64,000 nt of DNA from contig CDLV01000009.1 in the NCBI GenBank assembly GCA_001244265.2, forward strand, positions 1,550,001 to 1,614,000. The letters are read 5' to 3'. A program made the translations under genes and the position numbers. The stretch is from Microbotryum violaceum. Lineage: Eukaryota. Positions 36,501 to 46,900 of the stretch are shown piece by piece. Numbering within the stretch: position 1 is the first letter of the stretch; the number at the start of each line of letters is the position of its first letter. The notes below the pieces were generated by a model that saw only the letters and a program-made list of their open reading frames with translations, did no database searches and was not told the DNA's origin.

Positions 36501-37604
36501 ATTTTGAAGACCCAAAATCCTGAAAATCGTCGAGGCGCATTGCAAAAAATTGACATTTTGGGACGAAACACCCGTTTTGCCCCCGAGGCGCCTTTGCAGA
36601 TTTTGACATTTTTCCCGTGGGTCGACGCAGTTTTGGCCTACCCTGAGCAGCCTACGGCATGACTTTGGGCCCGTTCGCCTTCGCTTCGAGGCGCGTCGCA
36701 ATGCTCGCGCTTGTACAGGTCACTAGTCATTCTTGTGACCACTTTGTTGGTGCAGTGGCTGCTGTGGATTAGCTACCAATAGTTCCCACTGTGATTGAAG
36801 CGGCGCCGGTTCTGTTCCACTTCACTTCGTTCTGACATTGAAGCATAGCATGACAGCATGATTCCATGCTTATTTCTTGGCGAAGACCAGGACTGCTATT
36901 CAAACAGACGATGACTTCAATCAAGTATCACCGCTCACCAACATGACAATCACCGAGCTCCTCGCCTTTGATGTATCATGTTGCTCCTGCCGACGCATCT
37001 CTTTGCACCGAGTTGTCCAAGGACAAGCCCACCCAGTAATTGACCTACCCTACCCGACACTCCAGACCAGAGACGCGTTTCTTGCCACCGATGCTCTGAT
37101 CAACGCACACAAGAATGGATATCGACCGTTGGCCGTCGCGTTGATAAGCAGTACGGAACGCTAGCACAACGCTATCGTCATTTTAAATTGCGAGACGGAG
37201 TTGAAACCACTGCCACACCATTGGAGATCGGATCTCTGATCTGCTTTGGCCTCGTGCGTGGCATGCAGCTGCGGATGGAGAAGAACCGCTGTCCATAGGA
37301 GCTTTGCCTCATTGAGAAAGCATGCTATTTCACTCACATTGATGGCACTGTGCCGTTCTGCATGATTGATGGTTGACAGGTCATCGAGTCATTAGGCATG
37401 TCAACGACTGCATATTGTCCCACCGGGATCTTACCTCATGTTACCCCAGTAGAAGTCAATATGACGGTGCACCCGAGTCATACCGGCGGTGGTTCTACCA
37501 CACTTTGGGAGTCACTCCACTTCACTTCACTTCACTTTTGATACCGCTGAACCCCACACTTTTTTGACTACTAGTACAAGTGATACAACCGCAACCGCTA
37601 CATC

Positions 37605-40600
37605 ATGACGGCCGGGGACCCCAAGTCGCCACCTGGGGCACCGCCACCACCGGCGTCCGCCCCGCCGACCGTCCCGAATGGGCCTAACCAACTCACGAGT
37701 CCCGCCGCCGCCAAAGCGAACAACACCGCGGCGACGTCTCAGACGTTCCAGCATACCCTTGAGCAGCAAGGACAACGGGACATGCGTTACAAGGCCTTAC
37801 CCGGCATCATGGCCGCTATACAGGCGGTACCCGGCAATCACCCGGACCGCTGGGTGCAAGCCATCTTTGTCACCAACGACTACCCGACCACTTCGGCCAC
37901 ATTGCTGAAATTTTCAGCAATGCATGCCACCCAAAACATTTTCAACCCCTTCACCCACGCCGTTGAAGTTACCTTGTCTCACCAGAGCTTGTCCAGGCCC
38001 TCCGCCAAGGACAAAGGGGACCTGGTTGCATGCATCCAAAGTCTCCTGTCACCTGACACTCAAATCTGCTTCGACACCGGTGTCCCCTTCCCCAAGGGAT
38101 TCGAAGCCTTTGAGCCTCAGATCATTGGTCTGCAACACTCCACCAACCTGCGCGCTGGTGTCATCCACCATCACATTACGGTTGGGTTTGCATTGGCCGA
38201 CGCACATGATGCGGCGCTTGCGACGCCCCCCGTGCTCACCTGGCACTTGGCCAAGGCTCGCTTTGCCAAAGCGCACCACTTCCACCACAACATGGTCGAG
38301 TTGAGGATCAATGTTGGTGTCTCTGGGATGCCTTCCAAGGAGGAGATTGTTACCGCCTTTCAATCCGTGGTTCAACACCTGCACAACAAAGGCTACCAGT
38401 GCCAGTTTGTACAGGTTCTCTGAGTCATTGCGGTCGACAACGCCACCGCCTATGCCCACACGGTCGGTGACTTCTTGGCATTTGTGCACTTTGATGACGC
38501 AACCTTGTTTCAACCCCCCACCACCATCCTCAGGGACATTCTACCTTCAAGGATGGATTTGTGCACGCGTGGAATTGACGTCACCGCCATTTGTCACGAC
38601 TACAAAAAGGAGGCGGCTTGCGTGCGCTGCCATTTTGTGGGTCACATGGAGAAGTGCCCTGTGGTGCAGGAGAGGAAGCGCAAGGAGGTCAAGGCACTGG
38701 TCAGGAAAGGAGTGAGGGAAGGGGCAGGAGTGGGAGCGGAAGAAGGACGGATTGGGGAGGAGGAAGAAGCCAACACCACCAACAACATCAATACCTTTTC
38801 CAAGGCGGTTGCCGCTGGCCGATCCCTCGGAACCGACATGCTCGAATTGCAGAACCGTTTCGAGGGGCTCGAGGTTGAGGGCGGACAGGAGGAGGAGGAG
38901 GAGGAGGAGGAGGAGGAGGATGAGGATGAGGATGAGGAGGCGGGGCAGGAGGACGAGAAGGCGGGACAGGCGGAAGAAGGAGAGGTGGATGCGGGGGTTA
39001 AAGCGGACGACGAGGATTCGGAGGCTAGCCCCAGGGCGGACATCATCAAGGTCAAAGGCGAGGACAACAACAAGGACGATGACAACAAGGACAAAGACGG
39101 CGACAACAAACAGGACAACGAGGACGACAACGGCGACAACAAACAGGACAACAATTCGGACGATCACAGGGAATTAGGGGACGTTGGGATTGAGGGGGAC
39201 GAGGGGAAGAGGGTGTAAGGCGCCGCTCCGCTTATGCCTCACAACAACCTCAGCGGCCAAAGCCTTACTTGCGCGCGGCGCCACAGGCGCCTCTTGACCT
39301 TAGTCCTTTTAGTAGTCTTTCTTTGCCTGCGATTTACACCGTTTGATCCTTTCTGTTTGGACTCGGAATCAGTGAGGCTCGAGAGCGATCTCGTGCCTTT
39401 CACTTTTTTTTTTGAAACCGACAACTCAGCTGTACGACTCCGTCACCACCCGACGTTAATGCCGGACCTTTGCAACCGCCCCGGCAACGCATGGTGCAGA
39501 CCCACTCAGCCGCTGCGAAGGAAAAGAAACGAACCAGAACTTGAGCCAGCTCGAACCAGAACCCAGAACCCAGAACCCCGCCTGGCCCCTGCCCCCGCCC
39601 AGCCCCGCTCCGCCCAGCCCCGCAACACGGCCTCGATCACCGTGCCCGCCACAGAACCCAGAATCGAACCGGAACAGAACAGGAGAATGTTGCCCAACTC
39701 CCGCGATACACCCCTGCACATGGAGACCCCGGCATGAAGAGTCAAGCTCGATATGCCGTTGTTGAAGGCGGGTTCCAAGTCGAGGGATGTGGCGCGCTGG
39801 CTGGCAGGGTGCAAAGATGCGGTCGAATCGGCCGAATGGAACTACGGCAAGATTGCGACCGTACACCTCATTCGTGAGGCCGGCAGCCGGATGGAGGGGG
39901 AAGGAGGGGACTGGTACATTGATTCTCGCGACAAGTTGAAGGCGCTCAAAACGTGGGACGATTTTGCAGGGGAAGTGAAGGCGCAATTTGTCAGCGAGAA
40001 GACCGGCTTGGCGGCGGAGCACGCCTTTTTCAATGCGCAACAGAGCGGGACGTTCAACAAATTCATTGCACTATTGACGCAAGAGCGCAGCCAAGCTGGA
40101 TTGGCCTCCGACGGCACCCAAGTCATCCCCAATGAACTGTTCAAGCGCCAACTGCTCCACCGATGCAATGAGCTCCTGTATCTCCGCGCGACCGCCTCCC
40201 CCTCGTTTGCGCTTGACAAGTTTTCCGTTAATGCACTTGTGGCATATCTCCAGACGATGTGGGACGCTATCACCTTGGAGCGAGCAACAACAGGCATGCA
40301 GAGGCTCAACTTACGTCACAAACGCGGTGAACCAACTTAGGCTGTGGGGCCTCGCACACCAAGGTTGGAAGGTGCAGCAAAGGAGAAGGCAATGTTTGAA
40401 GGCCACTGTTTTGTATGCGACATGGTAGGCCACATCTCTTCAAACTGCCCTTCCAAGCCCAACACTGCATCCCCTCGTTGCGATCCCCCCGGATCTACCC
40501 CCGGGCCTCAAATGGTAGCCGCAATCCGAGCGTACGAGGACACCGGTGATTCAACCGCCTTTGTAGGCATCTCAAGTGATTCAGAAGACGACGACGAACG

Positions 40601-41533
40601 ATTGTTTGCGTCAGAACTCGGATAAGGGAATTGATTCAAGGAGGGGTGAGTGTAAGGTGCCGCTCCGCTTACTCCTCACGACAACCTCAGCGGCCAAAGC
40701 CTTACTTGCGCGCGGCGCCACGGGCGCCTCTTGACCTTAGTCCTTTTAGTAGTCTTTCTTTGCCTGCAATTTACACCGTTTGATCCTTTCTGTTTGGACT
40801 CGGAATCAGTGAGGCTCGAGAGCGATCTCGTGCCTTTCAGAGGGAGGAAACGGGTGGGGTGAAAGTGGATGAAGGGACAACAACGGAAGTGGAAGAAGAG
40901 ACAGAACAGGACGTGATCATTGACAACAACAATGCCACCATTATGACGGTCTCCCGCAAGTTGACATTCCGGGAATTGACAACACCACCCTTGTCGCCGG
41001 CAACATTGGCAAAGTCTCTGCGCAAAGGCAGAGAGTGGGACCACGCCTACGCCGAAGGACAGGTACGGGCCCTCTTGGAACAGGAGGCCAAGATCAAAGC
41101 CCAGCTTGACACCAAGGAGCCCCTTGTGCGACATAACTTTGCAACATGGGATGCCGAGGATGGCCAGCTCCGCTATATCAGCATCCGTGGCACCGCCGCC
41201 AACAGCAAGAAGCAGAAGATGAAGAGGTCACAAACGGTGGTGGATCTCAGCGACCCCAGTGACAAGCCTGCTGACACCAAGTGCGTTGTGATCCAGGCCA
41301 AAAATTGAGGAACAAAAACAGGAGGTTTGGACGGGAGGAGAGTGACGAGGTCGATGTCGGCGGCGCCGGCAGTGCAAGAGGAGGTGGCAATGGCAAAAGC
41401 GAGGAAAGGAAAGGGGGTAGTTGAGGAAAAGAGATGGTCGGATCACGAAGCCGAGGACAACATTCTCCCCAAATTCCCCCTCTTTGAGGATGATAACGCC
41501 GCCAAGAGCGCCTTCGTTTCAACTACCCAATAA
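37605..41533 (+). pseudogene. LINE ORF1 (Cys/His knuckle CVRCHFVGHMEKC, acidic tract), split by the 39214-40839 element
   Basis: ORF pieces 37605-38423, 38475-39213 and 40845-41533 with premature stops. Ends in TAATG overlapping the ORF2 start. Confidence 0.7.
39214..40839 (+). mobile_element. Small gag-only LTR retroelement (189-bp LTRs 39214-39402 and 40651-40839)
   Basis: TG...CA LTRs, 5-bp TSD GAGGG, PPT AAGGAGGGGTGAG. Gag ORF 39753-40625 has one in-frame stop and a CFVCDMVGHISSNC knuckle. No pol. Confidence 0.93.
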
Positions 41534-43905
41534 TGGTCAAGCACACCATCATCACCTGGAACGTGAGAAGGGGCATGGGGGTCCTGGAGAAACGATGTGA
41601 CATTTACAGCTACCTATCCCATTTCAAAGCATCGGCCATTCTCATACAAGAGCACTTCATCAGACTGCACCTCTGGCAACTCATCAAGGACGAGTACAAG
41701 GGCAAGCTCTTCATCAACCAACATTGCCTGACTCTGATTCCGGCTGACTCCCCACTGATTGACACCAAGCTCTTGTGCACCCACTTGGCACTCAACAGAC
41801 GGATCCTGGTCACCTCCTTTTGTCTGCAGGGTGACACCAAAATTTTCAAAATGAACAACATATACGCGCCCGTTGAACCAAAACAACGAGCAAAATTCTT
41901 TGACAAACTATTATTTCACAAAACACAGAAATCCCACCTCCGACTCCTTGGCGGTGATCTCAACGACTGCCCGCGCCCAGAAGTCAATCGGCGGAACCAA
42001 AGTTGGCGCGGCCACCACTGGCCAATCCTGATCGGCAAGCTCAACTCGGCCTACACGGACTGCATCCGCTACAAACACCCCATCACCCCATGCTTCACTC
42101 GACCTAATCCCAATCGCAAGTGACCCAACTCCTTCTCCCGGCTTGACTACTTTCTCCTGCAACGGACACACCAAAAAAGACTTGACCAGGCCTCAACAAT
42201 CTACGACTATCCCAAGGAGCTTTCCAATCACCGACCGGTCTTGATTGTGCTGGCTCTCAGACAATCCTGATGCGACCCTCCCACAGCTCAGCCTACCTAC
42301 CACATCAAATCAACACCACAACCTTTAAGATGGTGGAATTCCAGCAGATGATGGAAGGATGGTTGGAAGGGGCAAGCGGGGAGGAACCGGTGGAGGAGCT
42401 CAAGGTCATTCTGAAGGCATGCAGGGATAGGGGTGGGGAGATGGCGAGGAGGTTGCATCGGGAGTGGACGGAACGGATGGAGTATTTGGTGGGGAGGATG
42501 CAGGATCTGGAGGCGATACCGGAATGGGGGGAGCGAAAACGGCAGAATGGACAAGGACGTCCGAGGAACTCAAGCGGGCAGTCGAGGAGCGCACGCACCT
42601 ACTCCGGATTCGAGCCCACTTCCCCAAGATTGACTCCGAGGAACGACTGTCGCGGCCGGCCTATGCCAAGCTCGCGGTGCGGAACTCGGACTCCAAGATC
42701 ACAGCACTGCGCTTGAGCAACGGAGAGCTAACGCATGACATTGATGTCGCTCTTGACCACACACAGGCGCATTTCCTGTGAAGAGTCCACTCTCAGCTCC
42801 ACAGAGGCGCCTCGGTCGTCGCGCGCACCCGCTAGCCCGCCCCTTGCGGTGGGGACTTAGGCGCGCGCGACTGCCTCAGCGAGCAGGCGCCAGCGGACTC
42901 GGGCGCGCGCCCGCTAGGCCGCCCCCTAGAGGTGGTGACTTAGACGCGCTCAGCTGCCTCAGCGCCCTAGCGATTTCACCCGCGGCTGGGCCTATCCCAG
43001 TGCGGGCCCCCTTTCTGTTTCTTAGCTTCCCTCTCACCACTTCTGTTTGACAATCAACCTCTCCTGACAGTAGTGGTGATCGTCTCATATTTCCAGCGCC
43101 TCTACCACATTGAGCCTCTTGATCTGGACCGCGTCGACCGACTTTGGGACGAATTCCTCACTCCAATCAGGGCAGCGCGGACTTGCGACAACCCACGCTT
43201 GGATCCTCTCTTTCTGCGCCGACTCTCGGAATCGCAGATCGATTTACTCCAGCGACCAATCACCAAGGACAAGATCGTGGCCGCAATCGGGACGATGCAC
43301 CCGGGGTGATCGCCGGGACCATTGGGTGTGCCCTACAAACTCTACCAGACCGCACCCAAGGCTTGGGCCAAGATGCTGACCAAGGCCTACAACGCAATGA
43401 TCAAGCGAGGCTCACTCTCTCCCAAGCAGGGCCAGGGACTTGTGCACCTCATCTTCAAGCGACACAAGAAGAATGCCAATTGCGCCAAACTTTCCTCGTA
43501 CCGGCCGATCACCCTGCGCGAGTGCGATTACAAGGTCTTTACCAAGGTCTATGTCGCCCGTTTGAACCAGATTCTACCCAATCTCCTCCCGCCGCAGCAG
43601 CACAGATTTGTCAAGGACCGCCAATTGGCTGACGCTGCACTACACCTTCGTCTCCTGATCGAGGAACTTGGCGCGTGCAGGACCAAGTTCCCCGCGGCAG
43701 CGCTCTTGTCTCTTGACCAATCATCCGCCTACGACCTTGTCGAGCATGAGTGGATCTTTGCCATCTTTGACGCTCTGGGCGCTCCTGCCACCTTTCTTCG
43801 CGTGCTGAGGATGCTCTACTCGGGTGACTCAACCTCGGCCCGCTACATCATCAATGGGTTCCTGACGGTGCCGGTGCGACTGACATGTGGGCTTGGCCAA
43901 GGGGA
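41533..43905 (+). pseudogene. LINE ORF2: AP-endonuclease plus reverse transcriptase N-terminal part
   Basis: ITWNVR, LIQEH, NIYAP, LGGDLND, SRLDYF and HRPV (APE). [27 protein letters not shown] and GLGQGD (RT). Stops, frameshifts and a solo LTR inside. Confidence 0.92.
42777..43089 (+). mobile_element. Solo LTR, Copia family A
   Basis: TGTGAAGAGTCC...GATCGTCTCATA with 5-bp TSD TTTCC. Homologous to 51029-51339 and 58001-58313. Confidence 0.93.
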
Positions 43906-46900
43906 TGTGAGGAATCCACTCTCCGCTCAGCTCAGGACTTAGGCGCGCAGAGCGAGCCTGGCGCACCGGCCCAGGACTTAGGCGCGCGCTCGCCTGGCGC
44001 ACCGGCCCAGGACTTAGGCGCGCGGAACAAGCCAGGCGCACCGGCTCAGGACTTAGGTGCGAGGAGTGAGCCTGGGACTTAGGCGCGCGAAATGAGCCTC
44101 GCACACAGCCCCAGGACTTAGGCGCGCAGGGCGAGCCTGGGCCATTGGCTCAGCCCCAAGGTTCGCAGCCTGAGGACTTGAGGCGCGCGGCTCTCTTGTT
44201 GTTAGCTTCCTATTCATCACTCTTGGCTATAACTACATCGCTGACGTAGTAGAGTTGATCGAATAGGTATGTTGTAATGATTCATCACTCTTGGCTATAA
44301 CTACATTGCTGACGTAGTAGAGTTGATTGAATAGGTTATCAGCCCACGAGCTACCAGCCTCGCCGCCTTGCGTTTTTTTTTCCTCGAGCTTAGCCACTCG
44401 ACCGCACACATCCATTCGCACCATGGGCAACTCTCCCGCTCCCGCACCGCCCTTGCCCCCCAAGGATTCTCCCAGCCCCCCTGAATCCTCGATCGCCGCA
44501 CAAATTGCAACTCTACAGGCACAGCTCGCTGCCCTGCAGGCCTCGCACTCTCCCGCCACCGCTGCCCCCGCACTCCCGGCCGCCCCCGCCACGCAGACCA
44601 ACGCCGCTACCTCATCCAAAGTCGTGTTTCCCAAACACGCTCGCCTCGACGGTCCCAAATCGTTCACCAACTGGTTGCGTCAACTCCGTCTTGCGCTCCC
44701 GAATCAAGTCCGTGCTTATGTCCTCGAAGGTGTCGTTCCCGCTACTTGGACGGCCGATCAGCTTGCCGCCCGTGACGACGCCGCCCGGGAACTCATTGTT
44801 GGCTCTATCGACTCCGCGGACGTCTCGGCCACGCTTGACGCCATTCCCAGTGACGATCTCTCAGCACCGCGCATCTTCACCGCTCTCAAGGCTCGCTTTG
44901 CACCGGACGATGCTACCCGCACCCTCGAGTTGTTCGCCCGCCTTTGGATTTCAGGAAGATGCCTGCCTCCGTCGAGGCATACAACACCTGGCTGCGCGAG
45001 TACATGTCCATCGTACAAGAAATTCGCGACACCAAAACTTTGCTCAACGACGTACTCGCCACTCACGTGCTTGCCATGGTCCCATCGTGCCTCGACAGCT
45101 TCCAACTCACGTTCACGGACGAGCAACGCCACCAACGCGACCTTCCCGAGCTGACGACACTGACCAACGCATTTGCGTCCAACTTCGTTCGGCGGGACTC
45201 TCCACCTTGCACTCGGCCATGCTCGCTACCGCCTCCCTATGCCCCGCCTGCCGCGCCCCCAGTCACCGCCTTCGTGACTGAACCTCACGCGCTCAACACC
45301 CCCCACCGGCCCCTGCCGTTGCTGCCACAAGAAGGGTCACTGGGCCCTCGACTGCAAACCGCGAGGCGACCAAAAACGAACCGGCGACGACAACCAGGAC
45401 AACACACCCTCATTGGCGGCTCAACAACCGAATGTCGGCTATTTCGCCTCCTGCCTGCTTGCTTGCCGCCATCTCCCGACCGACGCCTTCGTCGTCGACT
45501 CGGGCGCCACGACACACATGGTCGCCGATCGCTCGCTGTTCACGACTTATCGTCAGACGGCGCACACCAGGGTCGGCGGTATCGCAGGCGGCATCACGGC
45601 CATTGGCATGGGGGACGTGGCGTTCATTACCAAGACCGGACACCCGATCATGTTGCGTGGCGTTCTTCACACGCCTGGTCTTCACGTCAACCTTCTCTCT
45701 GTCTCTTGCCTCTGCAACACCGACCGTGTTCGACTCGCCTTCACCAGCGACGGGATCGACATTGCCAAGGACGGCCAGGCCATCGCTCACGGGACTCGCG
45801 TCAACGACGGTCTCTACCTTTTGGATGCGGACCACACCCAATGTCAGCAGCTTGCCTTGCTCTCACATTCTGAGTCTCCCGTGCCCCTGCTTACCCTTCA
45901 CCGCTGCCTCGGCCATCTTGCCCCATCCTCCATACAGAGGATGATTGCTGCAGGTTTGCTGGACGGTTTCGGGGCCGGGTACAGTGACAAAGACGTAGAC
46001 GAGTTTGTTTGCAATGCTTGCCTTGGTTCCAAAGGCCACCGTCTTCCTTTTGCCGACTCTGAGTCGCATTCCCCGAGCGACTTGGTCTAGTGCACAGCGA
46101 CGACTTGTCCTTCCCCACTCCGTCCTTGACTGGGAAGCGCTACCTTGTCACATTTCTTGACGACCACTCACGTAAACTCTGGGCATACGCAATCGATCAC
46201 AAAAGCGATGTCTTCCCAATCTTCAAGACTTGGCTCGCCGAGGTAGAATTAGAGACAAACGCGCGCTTGAAGATCCTCCGCTCCGACAATGGTGGAGAGT
46301 ATCGGTCCAACGCATTCACGGAGTTCTGCGAATCCAAGGGCATTCGTCGTCAATACTCTATCCCTTACACGCCTCAGCAAAACGGTCGCGCCGAGCGTGT
46401 CAACCTCTCCATCGTCGAGGGTGTCCTTGCTCTCCTCGCTGACTCCCGTCTGCCAGCTACCTTTTGGGATGAAGCGGCCGCGTACTTCGTTTATTGCAAA
46501 ATCAGGTGCTCACACTCCGCTTTGGCCAAACAGACTCCGGAATTCGTTTGGAACGGCCAACGCACCACCACCACCGCCCTTCACCCGTTTGGCTGCGCGG
46601 CCTGGCTCACGGTCGCCCCGGATCTTCGCAGCAAGCTGGACCCCAAGGCCGCGCGCGTGATCTTCACCGGTTACGACCTCGCCTCCAAGGCCTTCCGCTT
46701 CTTCGACCATTCCGCCAACAAGATTGTGCTCGGTCGCAACGCCACCTTCCTCGACAACGATTTCCCTGGCCTACCCATCAACACGCCCGTCGATGCAGAT
46801 GACACCGACCGCCAGTTTATTGTGCCCACCGACACACCCACCGCCGTCAAGACGAGGACCCCACTAGTAAGGTCGGCGCACATGGACGTCTCATCCTCCC

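Larger units (their letters stand above)
37514..43905 (+). mobile_element. L1/Tx1-like non-LTR retrotransposon (degenerate), interrupted by three LTR insertions
   Basis: 5' (CACTT)n leader, ORF1 and ORF2 as listed below. RT is cut at GLGQGD by a Copia-B LTR at 43906. The 5' end is approximate. Confidence 0.88.

Noticed and set aside
36700-37500. Possible transposase remnant after the orphan TIR
   Set aside because: Only short ORFs with no identifiable motif.
43935-43945. TTAGG motifs as telomeric repeats
   Set aside because: They are not tandem TTAGGG arrays; they are dispersed within LTR repeat units.
43920-44190. Repeat-spacer-like pattern (GGACTTAGGCGCGC with variable interspaces) resembling a CRISPR array
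   Set aside because: The interspaces are similar to one another, the array is part of a Copia LTR present in several copies, the host is eukaryotic and there are no cas genes.
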